The notes under the pieces: model-generated
What the model was told of the DNA's origin: nothing
Seen by the model: only the letters and a program-made list of their open reading frames with translations
The model's database searches: none
From: Myxococcales bacterium
GTDB lineage: Bacteria > Myxococcota_A > Polyangia > Polyangiales > DASUME01
Assembly: GCA_047601445.1 (NCBI GenBank)
Contig: JASGJH010000001.1
Span: 5,280,001-5,344,000 of the forward strand
DNA: 64,000 nucleotides
Reading direction: 5' to 3'
Translations under genes and position numbers: made by a program
In this document: positions 9,776 to 19,524 of the stretch, piece by piece
Numbering within the stretch: the stretch's first letter is position 1
Layout: every line of letters starts with the position of its first letter

Positions 9776-11218
9776 TCATTTGGACGGCGGAGGCAGTTTC
9801 TTGAGCTCGACTTCGGCCAGCAACGGCAGCCCGATGGCTCGAACCTGCCACGGCTCCATGAGACGGCCTCTGCGGAACTCCCGCAAGCCGGCTCCGGCCA
9901 CGCCGAAGAGAATGGAGGCTATCAAGACAGCAATGAAGAGAACAGGCTTCTTACCCTTGAGGGGTCTGGAGGGGACCTCGGGCTGCTCGATCACGACATA
10001 GCGATGATTGAAGTCGGTCTCGGCGGAGGCCAGCTCGATGCGCGCGCTCTCCAGGCGCGCCGCGATCTCATCGGACTTGCGCAGGGCGTTGAACAGGCGA
10101 GCCTTGACGGGAGCCAGCTCGATGTCGCCCGTATCGACCGGCACCGGGGCATCGAGCTCTTCCTCGGCGGCATCACCCGCGGACACCTTGTTGACCCCCT
10201 TACTTGCCAGCCTGGCCAGTACGTCGGCCTCCTTGGCCTTCAGCGAAGCCATCTCCGCCGGGAGCTCGCTGGCCGCCTCCACGCGAGCCTCAGCCTGCTG
10301 GAGGAGCGGGTGGTCCTCGCTGTACTGGATTTTCAGGTCGGCCACGACCGTCTTCAGCTCCGTCAGGCGCTTGCGGTAGGGCTCCATGAGACTGCGTTGT
10401 TCCCGGCGGATTTCGGCCAGCTCACGCGTGAGGCTGGCGAGTTCCACGAGCGAGGCGTCTCGCTCTGGGTCCGAAACGGGCTTCTTGGGCGCGGTGGCCG
10501 AAACCGCCGGCTTGGCCGAGGTCTCGAGGACCCTGGTTACGCCGGACTCGATCGCGAGGTCGGCCTGCTGGAGCTGAGCCTCGAGGAAAGGGATGGCGCG
10601 CTGGATGGGCCCCAGGTCGTGCGAGGCACGCGCCGCCAAGAAGTTGCGCTGCACCAGCCTCGCGACCTCGTAGGCGCTCGGTCCATCGCGCCACTGCGCG
10701 CTGACACGGATCGATTCGCCGTCTTTTTTGCCCGTGATCGACGAGCCCAGCATCTCGACGAAGCCGCGCTCGAGGTCGCGCGCGGCCGGTTGTCCGAAGA
10801 TGGACCCCATCAGCTGATCTTTGAGGCGCATCGGGAGCGGCCGCGTGCTCGGCCAGCGCTCCACCAGCTGTGCTTCACGGACGATCGAAAGCAGGTTGTC
10901 TCGTGCCAGGATGAACTCCTCTAGCCCGCGTGCGCCTTCAATGGCTCGATTGCGGTCGCGACCGCTGGCTAGTGAGACCGTCAGGTTGCCGCCGTCCTGG
11001 ATGAAAATCTTGAAGGTGGCCTCGTAGATGACGGGCATCGCCGCCACGATGGTGCTGCCGAGGAGCGCGACCACGGTGGCGATCAGGAGACACAGCCCCA
11101 AGTTGAGCCGGACTGCGCGCACCACAAAAAGGGCCAGTTCCTTGGGAGAAAAGGCCGAAGCCTCCTCGCCTGGCTCCCCGCCTTCTGTCGACGCGTCGTG
11201 TTCAGCCGGAGGTACCAA
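9776..11218 (-). CDS. Polysaccharide co-polymerase (Wzz/Wzc-N/GumC-like)
   Basis: Two TM helices flanking a coiled-coil region, YSEDHP motif, VIEQPEVPSRP before TM2, IGLPLLAEV end. Confidence 0.85.
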   Translation of the reverse strand: MVPPAEHDASTEGGEPGEEASAFSPKELALFVVRAVRLNLGLCLLIATVVALLGSTIVAAMPVIYEATFKIFIQDGGNLTVSLASGRDRNRAIEGARGLEEFILARDNLLSIVREAQLVERWPSTRPLPMRLKDQLMGSIFGQPAARDLERGFVEMLGSSITGKKDGESIRVSAQWRDGPSAYEVARLVQRNFLAARASHDLGPIQRAIPFLEAQLQQADLAIESGVTRVLETSAKPAVSATAPKKPVSDPERDASLVELASLTRELAEIRREQRSLMEPYRKRLTELKTVVADLKIQYSEDHPLLQQAEARVEAASELPAEMASLKAKEADVLARLASKGVNKVSAGDAAEEELDAPVPVDTGDIELAPVKARLFNALRKSDEIAARLESARIELASAETDFNHRYVVIEQPEVPSRPLKGKKPVLFIAVLIASILFGVAGAGLREFRRGRLMEPWQVRAIGLPLLAEVELKKLPPPSK

Positions 11219-11435
11219 GGAAATTCAGTCCTAACGCTCGGTGGGTTACGGGTAGCAGATACTACCATGCAGCGCCAACTACCCCCTCCATGCTGCTGCG
11301 GACCGTCCGAATCGACATGTACCGAAGAGGGGCACATCACATTTGACGGACCGTGAAGAGACGCTTAGATCCTGGGAGAGCGTCCGTTCGCGCAGGGGCT
11401 CGTCCGCAAGGCTACGACATGAAAAGTCTTCCTGT

Positions 11436-12023
11436 ATGAGTCGACGTGACGCAGGGCTCATCGCCGACCTTCGATTGGATATGAGAATGATCCTGGGGTA
11501 CTGGAGCAAGCCCCAGACTTTCCGCAACGTTCTCTGGGCCATCTTCGCCTGCGACCCTTTCATCATCTTGCTGCTGTTCCGAACGCGACAGTGGTTGCGC
11601 CGCCACCATGTGCCGGTCGTGAACCGCGTCATGCGCATGATGGAGACCACGTTCTTCGCCATCGAGCTCGGCAACGATGTGGAACTCGGCCACGGTGTGC
11701 TGTTTATGCACTCGGTGGGGACGGTGGTCGGCGGCAACGCGAAGATCGGCGAGGCCGTCATCTTCCTCGGCAGCAACACCATCGGGGAGAACGGCGGCGC
11801 GGGTTACCCGCGCATCGGGGCCCGCACCGTGATTGGCGCGGGCGCTCGCATCCTCGGCGGCATCGAGGTCGGTGACGATTGCGTCATCGGTGCCAACGCG
11901 GTGGTGGTGAGCAACGTGCCTTCCGAAAAGGTCGCCCTGGGCATCCCTGCACGCATCGCCGGAGACAACAAGAACCTGCGCGAGCCTTTTCCACCCGATC
12001 CTCAGGTTGGTGTCGAACCATGA
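11436..12023 (+). CDS. CysE/LacA-family hexapeptide-repeat O-acetyltransferase (EpsC-like)
   Basis: Left-handed beta-helix repeats, YPRIGARTVIGAGARILG, IGANAVV, GIPAR; ATGA overlap with the next gene. Confidence 0.85.
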   Translation: MSRRDAGLIADLRLDMRMILGYWSKPQTFRNVLWAIFACDPFIILLLFRTRQWLRRHHVPVVNRVMRMMETTFFAIELGNDVELGHGVLFMHSVGTVVGGNAKIGEAVIFLGSNTIGENGGAGYPRIGARTVIGAGARILGGIEVGDDCVIGANAVVVSNVPSEKVALGIPARIAGDNKNLREPFPPDPQVGVEP

Positions 12024-13234
12024 AGATTCTGTTCTTCACTCCGTTCATGCCTGGTCCTCCCGTATTCGGAGGTCAGCGGCGTGTGCATGGTCTGATGACT
12101 GCGCTCGCCAAGTCTCACGAGGTCTCCTTGGTGTCCCTGGTGGACCCGAGCCTCGACCTGGGCCCGGCCCTGGCCGACGCGCGACAATACTGTCGCGAGA
12201 TCGTGACCGTGCCTGATCCACTGCACCGCGCGGCCGGCCGCGTGAAGCGCGTGCGCCAGCTGCAGTCGATGTTGTCCCTGCAGAGCTGGGAGGAGCAGCA
12301 GTACTTGCGGCCGGTCATGCAGCGCGCCCTGGAGCAGCACCTCGCCACGCGACACTACGACATCATCAACACCGAGTTCTCGTACATGGGAGGCTATCGC
12401 TTCCCCGTAAAGCGCAGTGGGGCCAACGCCACGAAGCTGGTGCTGGACGAGCACAACGTCGAGTTCGACATCCTGCGTCGTACGGCAAACGCCACGCGCT
12501 TCGACCGCCGGGTCTACAACGCCCTCAACTATCGCAAGTTGCGCCGGGAGGAGCTGCGCGCATGGCGCAGCTTCGACGGTGTCGCGTTCACCTCCGAGCG
12601 TGACGACGGCATCGCGCGCACCGAGGTACCCGGCGTCCGCACGGCCGTGATCCCGAACGGGGTCGACGTGGACGCCTTCCGGCCCGACGAGAGCACACCG
12701 ACGACGCCGCTCAGCGTGCTCTTCTTCGGAGCCATCAACTACTTCCCGAACACCGACGCGGTTCATTTCTTCGTCAAGGAAGTGGCCCCGCTCCTGGCCC
12801 GCAAGCACCCGAACGCGGTGATCCGAATCGTCGGCCCGGGTGCGCCACCCGAGGTGCAAGCGCTCGCCAGCGAGCGCATCCAGATCGTGGGCTTCGTGGA
12901 GGATCTGCACAAGGAGATCGCACGGGCGACCGTGGTCGTTGCGCCCCTGCGTATCGGAGGCGGAACACGGCTGAAGATCGTGGAAGCGATGGCGGTGGCA
13001 AAGCCCATCGTGTCCACCACGATCGGCGCAGAAGGCATCGACGTCAGCCATGGGCGGGACATCTTGCTAGCCGACAAGCCCGAGGACTTTGCGCGCGAGA
13101 TCGGTCGGGTGCTGGAGGACGAGGGACTCCAGCGCAGGCTCGGCAAGGCGGCGCGGGAGACGGCCGAGGCCCACTATAGCTGGAGCGCGGCCGCTCAAAA
13201 ACTTAGTGCTTTTTACGCTAGTCTGCTTGGCTAG
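12020..13234 (+). CDS. Glycosyltransferase family 4
   Basis: MKILFFTP, HNVE, IPNGVD, PLRIGGGTRLKIVEAMA, STTIGAEGI. Confidence 0.92.
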   Translation: MKILFFTPFMPGPPVFGGQRRVHGLMTALAKSHEVSLVSLVDPSLDLGPALADARQYCREIVTVPDPLHRAAGRVKRVRQLQSMLSLQSWEEQQYLRPVMQRALEQHLATRHYDIINTEFSYMGGYRFPVKRSGANATKLVLDEHNVEFDILRRTANATRFDRRVYNALNYRKLRREELRAWRSFDGVAFTSERDDGIARTEVPGVRTAVIPNGVDVDAFRPDESTPTTPLSVLFFGAINYFPNTDAVHFFVKEVAPLLARKHPNAVIRIVGPGAPPEVQALASERIQIVGFVEDLHKEIARATVVVAPLRIGGGTRLKIVEAMAVAKPIVSTTIGAEGIDVSHGRDILLADKPEDFAREIGRVLEDEGLQRRLGKAARETAEAHYSWSAAAQKLSAFYASLLG

Positions 13235-13268
13235 GTGCGCGTAGGCGCGAGGCGAGGAGACTGCAACC

Positions 13269-14963
13269 ATGGGGTCGACGATGAAGCGTATGTGGAGACC
13301 GCTGATCGGCCTCGGCGTTTTGGCGGCGGTTTTGGCCTGCCGGAGCGCCAACGCCCGCCCGAAGCCCGCCCCCAAAGCCAGCAGCAACCTCAAGCTCGTG
13401 GACTCCGTGCTCACGCCGGGCGAGCCAGGCGTCGTGGATGTGACGTTCGAGATCCACGCGGACCAGGATGCACGCCCCATCTCACCGATGATCTATGGGA
13501 TCAACAGCGACGTCAAAGACGCGGAACGTCAGCGCTGGGGCTCGATTCGCAGCGGCGGCAATCGGCTCACCGCGTACAACTGGGAAACCAACGCCTCGAA
13601 CGCAGGGTCGGACTGGCTCTTCCAGAACGACAGCCTGATGGGAGAGAGTAACGAGCCCGCGAAACCCCTGCTCGATATCATCGACGCGGCCTCGAAGATC
13701 TCGGCTGCGACGGTCATTACGCTGTCCACCTCGGACTACGTGTCCGCGGACAAGAACGGTGGCGGCGACGTACGGGCCTCAGGTCCTGCTTACCTCTCGA
13801 CTCGCTTCCATCGCAACCTCGCCAAGAAGCCTGCCGCATTCACCCCACGTCCCAACCCCGACGATCACTTCGTGTACCAGGACGAGCTCGTCGCCTATCT
13901 GCGGAAGCAGCGGCCGCAGGCAAAGCTGCTCTTCGCGTTGGACAACGAGCCGGAGCTCTGGTCTCACACGCACGCGGAGGTGTTCCCGAAGCCGGTCACC
14001 TACGCAGACCTCTGGAAGCGCAACCACGAGTTTGCCAAGGCAGCCAAGGAAACCTGGCCGGGTATCGAGACCCTGGGCTTCGTCAGCTACGGATACCTGG
14101 GCTTTACGTCGCTGCAGAACGCTCCCGATGCTGGCGGCCGTGTGTTCGTGGACTGGTATCTCGATCAGGCCAAGGCTGCACACAAGAGCTTTGGCTCGCG
14201 TTTGATCGACTATCTCGATGTGCACTGGTACCCCGAAGCTCAAGGTGGTGGCCAGCGCATCGTCAGCGACATCACCACGCCTGAGGTCGTGTACGCGCGC
14301 GAGCAGGCCCCGCGCTCTCTCTGGGACGCGAAGTACGAAGAGAAGAGCTGGATTCGCGACAGCGCAGGTGGGCCTATCAACTTGCTCAATTGGCTGCAGG
14401 GCAAGATTGATTCGCACTACCCGGGCACCAAGTTAGCCCTCACGGAGTGGAACTTCGGTGCTGGTGGTCACGTGAGCGGGGCCATCGCGACGGCAGACGT
14501 CCTGGGTATCCTGGGGAAGTTCGGCGTCAACCTGGCGACCTATTGGGGTCTCTCCGAGCACGAGGCGTTCGCCTATGCTGCCTTCCGGGCCTACCGCAAC
14601 TTCGACAATCAGGGCGCTCAGTTCGGAGACACCTCCATCGCCGCCACCAACAGCAACGTCGAGCTCGGGTCCGTCTATGCCAGCATCGATCGGCAGAACC
14701 CGGCGCGCACGGTCATCGTAGCCATCAACAAGGCCACCACCCCCAAGAAGGCGGGGCTCAGGCTCTTTCACTCGGCGGCCTATTCAAGCGCCAAGGTCTA
14801 CTTGTTGAGCGGGGCGAGCCCCAACATGGCGAACGCGCCTAGCCTCACCGCCGTGGCCACCAACGCCTTCAAGTACACGATGCCGCCCCAATCGATCTCG
14901 GTGATCGTACCGGAGCTTCCGGGCAGCCCTCAGCCCGACAGCAGCGAGCGCACGAACAAGTAG
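13269..14963 (+). CDS. Secreted glycoside hydrolase family 44 (EpsB-like endoglycanase)
   Basis: Signal peptide; ISPMIYGIN, RSGGNRLTAYNWETNASNAGSDW, LDNEPELWSHTH, LDVHWYPEA, LALTEW. Confidence 0.9.
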   Translation: MGSTMKRMWRPLIGLGVLAAVLACRSANARPKPAPKASSNLKLVDSVLTPGEPGVVDVTFEIHADQDARPISPMIYGINSDVKDAERQRWGSIRSGGNRLTAYNWETNASNAGSDWLFQNDSLMGESNEPAKPLLDIIDAASKISAATVITLSTSDYVSADKNGGGDVRASGPAYLSTRFHRNLAKKPAAFTPRPNPDDHFVYQDELVAYLRKQRPQAKLLFALDNEPELWSHTHAEVFPKPVTYADLWKRNHEFAKAAKETWPGIETLGFVSYGYLGFTSLQNAPDAGGRVFVDWYLDQAKAAHKSFGSRLIDYLDVHWYPEAQGGGQRIVSDITTPEVVYAREQAPRSLWDAKYEEKSWIRDSAGGPINLLNWLQGKIDSHYPGTKLALTEWNFGAGGHVSGAIATADVLGILGKFGVNLATYWGLSEHEAFAYAAFRAYRNFDNQGAQFGDTSIAATNSNVELGSVYASIDRQNPARTVIVAINKATTPKKAGLRLFHSAAYSSAKVYLLSGASPNMANAPSLTAVATNAFKYTMPPQSISVIVPELPGSPQPDSSERTNK

Positions 14964-15727
14964 CCGTTGCCCAGCGCGGGCAGGTTGGCGAAGGCGCGCT
15001 CGCGCAGCTGTCCGACGAAGTCCTGCGTGTAGCGATTGGGCAAGAACGCGATCTTGCCGCCGTGGGCGCTGAAGGAGTCCTCGAGCTTGCTACCGCCGTC
15101 TTCCCAGGTGAAACCCAACATGGGCCGGATGGTCTTGCTGAAGTTCGGCATGCCGCGATGCCAGAGCGTGGACGGGCGGATCAAGACATCGCCGACGCTC
15201 ATGGTGATGCGCTTGGGGGCGTGACCGGCGAGCACGAACTGGTGGAACTTGTAGTCGCGCACGTGGGAGCCCGGGTTGAGCTCGATGGCGCCGTTGACCA
15301 GGTCGGTGTCGACTACCGCGATATTGGCGATCATGAAGGCGCTGTCGGCGTAGCCGTCGACGTGGGAATTCTGGGCGCGACTGCCGATCAGGTTCATGTT
15401 GCAGCCGATGTTCGGCATGCGCGTGGCCTGGGGAGAGAAGTGGCGGATGAGGTCGACCACGCCGGCGTCGTTCAGGGCATCGTAGACGAAGCGCGCGCCC
15501 GCGCCGGGGAAGCAGTTCAAGTGACCGCTGATGGTGCCGCCGCCAGAGAACAGCTCGCCCTCGCGCTTGACGCGGGCGAACTCGTCGAGCAGCTCGTCAC
15601 GCAGGCGCGCCAGGCCCTGCGCAGGGACGAGCTTGGGCAACACGAAGTAACCGTCTCGCGCCAGCTTCTGGCCGAGTTCCTCCCAGCGTTGCGGAGTCAG
15701 CGACGCGACCGGTTCAGGGCTCAACAT
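14930..15727 (-). CDS. Phytanoyl-CoA dioxygenase (PhyH)-family Fe(II)/2OG oxygenase
   Basis: LARDGYFVL, HVD (HxD), PGSH, GDVLI...WHRG; AGAGGAG RBS. Confidence 0.8.
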   Translation of the reverse strand: MLSPEPVASLTPQRWEELGQKLARDGYFVLPKLVPAQGLARLRDELLDEFARVKREGELFSGGGTISGHLNCFPGAGARFVYDALNDAGVVDLIRHFSPQATRMPNIGCNMNLIGSRAQNSHVDGYADSAFMIANIAVVDTDLVNGAIELNPGSHVRDYKFHQFVLAGHAPKRITMSVGDVLIRPSTLWHRGMPNFSKTIRPMLGFTWEDGGSKLEDSFSAHGGKIAFLPNRYTQDFVGQLRERAFANLPALGNGYLFVRSLLSG

Positions 15728-15891
15728 CACGGCAATCTCTCCTCTGAGGGTACGAGAGTATGCCTGCATCCTCCCCCTCGTCGAGGGTACGGATGATGAG
15801 ATTTGTGAGGGGAGTGACGCTCCGCTGGGGGTCGGTCGAGCAATTCCCTGCTAGGAACTAGCGTACCTCTAGCCGCTTCCTGGGAACCATC

Positions 15892-17391
15892 ATGGCTGTG
15901 AACGGAAAAAGCACCGGACGTGTCGTGGTCGTAGGCACGGGCCCCGCCGGAGCCGCAGCAGCGCTGTTCTTGAGCAAGGCAGGCATCGAGACACTGATGC
16001 TGGAGGTTGGCTCGGAGCAAGCGGAGCTCGGTTTTACCGCGCGCGTGAAGGGCTTTACCTTCGCGAAGCGCAGACCTCCTCTGCGGCAGCGACCGGACTT
16101 CAAGCGCATCGGCGATCCGGAGAGCGAGCTCTACGAGGAGCTCGCGCCAGGCGGCCTCTCGAACCAGTGGTCGTGCGCGGTGCCGCGCTTCGCCGAGGAG
16201 GACTTCCTCGACGCCAAGCGTGGTGGCGAAGTCCACACCTGGCCCATCGGTTATGCGGACGTCGCGCCCTGGTACGACAAGGTGGAGCCGCTGTTGCACG
16301 TGGCCGCAGGAGACAAAGACGCACCGCGTCTGCCCAGAAGCCGCGCTCAAGCGCTGTGGAAGCTCGGCAGGGATTGGGACGCCGTGTCGGATGCCGCGGA
16401 GCCGCTCGGTCGTTCGGTGGTGGTCATGCCCTACGCCAACGGCAAGTCCACCATGTTCACGCGCAGCGCCACGGCCTTCAATGCGTTCTCGCAGCTGGTG
16501 CTACCCGCCGTGCGCGCAGGTGAGCTCTCGATTCGCTACGACGCCAGGGTCTTGCGGCTGGAGTGGTCGGCAAGCGAACGGCGCGTGACGGCGGTCGTTT
16601 ATCGCGATGCCAAGAGCGGGCGCGAAGAGCGCGTGGAGTGCCGCGCGGTGGTGGTGGCGGCGGGCGCCGTCAACAGTGCGCAAATCTTGCTCCAATCGGA
16701 GAGCGCCGACTTCCCCAAGGGCCTCGGCAATCAGCACGACGTGCTCGGCCGCTACCTGCACGATCATCCGCTCGGCAAGCTGGTGATCGACTTGCCACGG
16801 CCCGTGAGCGTGCATCCGGCCAGCTACATCACGCGGCCACCCCTCGAGCGCTCCGAGCCGCTCTACGCCGCGGCGTACATGCAGTGGTGCGGCGCTCCCA
16901 CGCTGGTGCGCAGCGCGCTCAAGGGCACGCCCGGGCGCTTGAAGCAGATCGGCTTCAGCGTGTTCGGCACCATGGCGCCGAGTCCAGACGACTATGTGGC
17001 GCTCGATCCGGAGCGCGCCAAGAACGGCTCGGGCTCGAGCGTCGTCGTGAGTCTGCGGCATCCACCGGAGGCGGTGAAGACCCTGGAGCGCGCCCGCGAC
17101 GAGATGATGGACATCCTCAAGCGCGCAGGCTGGGACCCCCAGCTGAGCGTGTGGAAGGTCGAAGCACCCGGGAATTCGGTGCACTACGGCGGCACGTGCC
17201 GCATGCACGCCTCACCCCGCTTCGGTGTGGTCGACGCGTTCAGCCGCGTGCATGGCGTGCCCAACGTGGTGGTGGCGGACTCGTCGGTTTTCACAACCGG
17301 TCCCGAAAAGAACCCGGTCCTCACGTCCATGGCGCTTGCAGCACGCGCGGGTGATCGACTCGCGCAAGAGCTGAAGCAGGGTGACCTCTGA
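15892..17391 (+). CDS. GMC-family FAD oxidoreductase
   Basis: VVGTGPAG, GGLSNQWS, LGRYLHDH, HYGGTCRM, VVADSSVF, NPVLT. Confidence 0.9.
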   Translation: MAVNGKSTGRVVVVGTGPAGAAAALFLSKAGIETLMLEVGSEQAELGFTARVKGFTFAKRRPPLRQRPDFKRIGDPESELYEELAPGGLSNQWSCAVPRFAEEDFLDAKRGGEVHTWPIGYADVAPWYDKVEPLLHVAAGDKDAPRLPRSRAQALWKLGRDWDAVSDAAEPLGRSVVVMPYANGKSTMFTRSATAFNAFSQLVLPAVRAGELSIRYDARVLRLEWSASERRVTAVVYRDAKSGREERVECRAVVVAAGAVNSAQILLQSESADFPKGLGNQHDVLGRYLHDHPLGKLVIDLPRPVSVHPASYITRPPLERSEPLYAAAYMQWCGAPTLVRSALKGTPGRLKQIGFSVFGTMAPSPDDYVALDPERAKNGSGSSVVVSLRHPPEAVKTLERARDEMMDILKRAGWDPQLSVWKVEAPGNSVHYGGTCRMHASPRFGVVDAFSRVHGVPNVVVADSSVFTTGPEKNPVLTSMALAARAGDRLAQELKQGDL

Positions 17392-17531
17392 GGCTGCGCG
17401 CAGCGCGCGCTCACCCCGTACTGAATTCGCCGTAGCTGCGGCCCTCTAGCCGATTGCAGCGAGACCGCGTGCGATTCCTTTGAACAGATCGGGAGGCGGC
17501 GGGCATTAAGCACAACGGAGGTCTCGCGCCT

Positions 17532-18605
17532 ATGCGAACTGCCTTTTCTCCCTGCTTATTGGTCCTACTGACTTTTGGGTCGAGCTTGGTGCACGCCCAG
17601 GTTCCCGAGCAGCCCCCGGTGGCTGCCCCGCCGGTCACCTATGTGCCTGCTCCGGTGGCTCCAGCCCCCGCGCCGGCTCCCGTGGCTCCAGCGCCCGTGG
17701 CTCCGGCCCCTGTGGCCCCAGCCCCCGCGCCTGCAGCGCCCCCGCCGGTCTATGCGCCGCCGGCGCCGCCGCCCCAGTACGCGCCGGCACCAGTGGCGCC
17801 CTATCAGGCCCCCGCGCCTCAGCCCGTGGCTCCCGCCCCTGCACCTCCTCCGCAGTACGCCCCGGCACCGGTCGCTCCGGTGCCTCAGCCCGCATACGCA
17901 GCTCCTGCGCCTGCCCCGCAATACGCCCCTGCGGTGTACCCGGCAGGTCTGGCCCCCGCTCCGGCTGCTGTCGCTCCGGCTGCTGTCGCTCCGGCCGCGC
18001 CCCCGCCCGCCCCGCCCTACGCCGGCTATCCACCGCCTCCGCCCGGCTACACCTACGCGCCCATCCCGCCCGCCGGGATGTCCCCGGCCGAGGTCGCGCG
18101 CCGCGACATGCTGCACGCCGAACTGATGCGCGTGGAGTCCCAGCTCGCGAGCGTGAATGCGCGTCGCCAGAGCATCGGCGGACCGGTGGCGCAAACCGTG
18201 ATCGGCCTCGGCGGCACGCTCATCTTCTCGGCCGTGGCCCTCAGCACCTTCGCGGGTGCCGAGTCGATTCAGCACCGCCGATATCATCACTGTAACTACT
18301 ACGACGACCAGAACAGCTCCCACTGCTACGAGGACCTCGACGTCACCGACAACGGCGTCGTGAACCACAGTGACGAGATGGCGCTGCGACGCACGGCTTA
18401 CGCGTTCACCACGCTGGCAGCCGTCTCCGCCGTGGTCGGCATCAGCGGTATCTTCCGGCTCGCCCGGCGCAGTTCCGAACGCCGCTCGGTCAAGGCCGAG
18501 CGCCGAGGCCTCATGGAGCAGCGCAACTCGCTCAAGCGGCAACTCGACTACGGGGTGAGCATGGCCCCCGGCAACCTGCAGCTCGGAGTGAAGGGTAAAT
18601 TCTGA
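17532..18605 (+). CDS. Exported Pro/Ala-rich membrane protein of unknown function
   Basis: Signal peptide (VHA-Q), long PAPV tract, two hydrophobic helices, C-terminal LQLGVKGKF. Confidence 0.7.
   Translation: MRTAFSPCLLVLLTFGSSLVHAQVPEQPPVAAPPVTYVPAPVAPAPAPAPVAPAPVAPAPVAPAPAPAAPPPVYAPPAPPPQYAPAPVAPYQAPAPQPVAPAPAPPPQYAPAPVAPVPQPAYAAPAPAPQYAPAVYPAGLAPAPAAVAPAAVAPAAPPPAPPYAGYPPPPPGYTYAPIPPAGMSPAEVARRDMLHAELMRVESQLASVNARRQSIGGPVAQTVIGLGGTLIFSAVALSTFAGAESIQHRRYHHCNYYDDQNSSHCYEDLDVTDNGVVNHSDEMALRRTAYAFTTLAAVSAVVGISGIFRLARRSSERRSVKAERRGLMEQRNSLKRQLDYGVSMAPGNLQLGVKGKF
17605..18075 (+). repeat. Low-complexity coding repeat (APAPVAP / PQYAPAP)
   Basis: Repeated gctccggc/cccgtggctcc units encoding Pro-Ala-Val. 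Confidence 0.75.
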
Positions 18606-18645
18606 GCGAACGGCGAGGAGCTCCCCGTGACAGACTGCACCCTCG

Positions 18646-19524
18646 ATGGATGCCGCCGAGCTTCACTACGAGATGGTGCACACACGGGGCCTCACGTTCG
18701 AGGTCTCTACCCACGGCCGCGGTGACAAGCTAGCGCTGTTGCTGCACGGGTTTCCCGAGACGGCCCATTGCTGGCGCTATCAAATCCCGCTGCTCGAGCG
18801 GCTCGGCTACCGCGTGTGGGCGCCGAACATGCGCGGCTACGGACGCAGCGACAAACCTCGCGGTCGCGCGGCCTATCGAATGGATCACCTCGAGCAGGAC
18901 GTGACCGACCTGATCGACGCGAGCGGCGCGCGTTCCGTGTTGTTGATGGGGCACGACTGGGGCGGTGGCGTGGCCTGGAGCTACGCGAGCTACGGGGAGC
19001 GCCCCATCGAGCGTTTGGCCATCATGAACAGCCCACACCCGGCCATTTTCCAGCGCGAACTCATGCGCGGTCCCCAACTCCTGCGCTCCTGGTACATGCT
19101 GCTCTTCCAGCTGCCCTGGTTGCCCGAGCGCATGCTGCGCGCGAACGACTACGCCGCCCTGGTACGCGGCACCCGCGGCTGGGCCATCAACAAGCAGAAC
19201 TTCAGCGATCGCGACATGGACGTCCTGCGCGAAGGCTTGAGCCAGCCAGGCGCGCTCACGGCGATGCTCAACTACTATCGCGCGATGCCGAGCACGGTGC
19301 CGCTGATGCTCCGCCGCGGCGCGCGCAAGATCCGCGTTCCCACGCTGCTCTTGTGGGCAGAGCTCGACCGCGCGCTCGGCAAGGAGCTTACCGCGGGCAC
19401 CGAACGCTTCGTCGACAAGCTGCGCCTGGAGTTCGTCCCGAATGCATCCCACTGGGTGCAGCAGGATGCGCCCGAGGTCGTCAATCGCGCGCTCGAGGCG
19501 TGGCTTGCGAGCCCCGCCGGCTAG
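18646..19524 (+). CDS. Alpha/beta hydrolase, epoxide hydrolase type
   Basis: LLHGFPE, GHDWGG, RSWY, NYYRA, SHWVQQD. Confidence 0.9.
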   Translation: MDAAELHYEMVHTRGLTFEVSTHGRGDKLALLLHGFPETAHCWRYQIPLLERLGYRVWAPNMRGYGRSDKPRGRAAYRMDHLEQDVTDLIDASGARSVLLMGHDWGGGVAWSYASYGERPIERLAIMNSPHPAIFQRELMRGPQLLRSWYMLLFQLPWLPERMLRANDYAALVRGTRGWAINKQNFSDRDMDVLREGLSQPGALTAMLNYYRAMPSTVPLMLRRGARKIRVPTLLLWAELDRALGKELTAGTERFVDKLRLEFVPNASHWVQQDAPEVVNRALEAWLASPAG

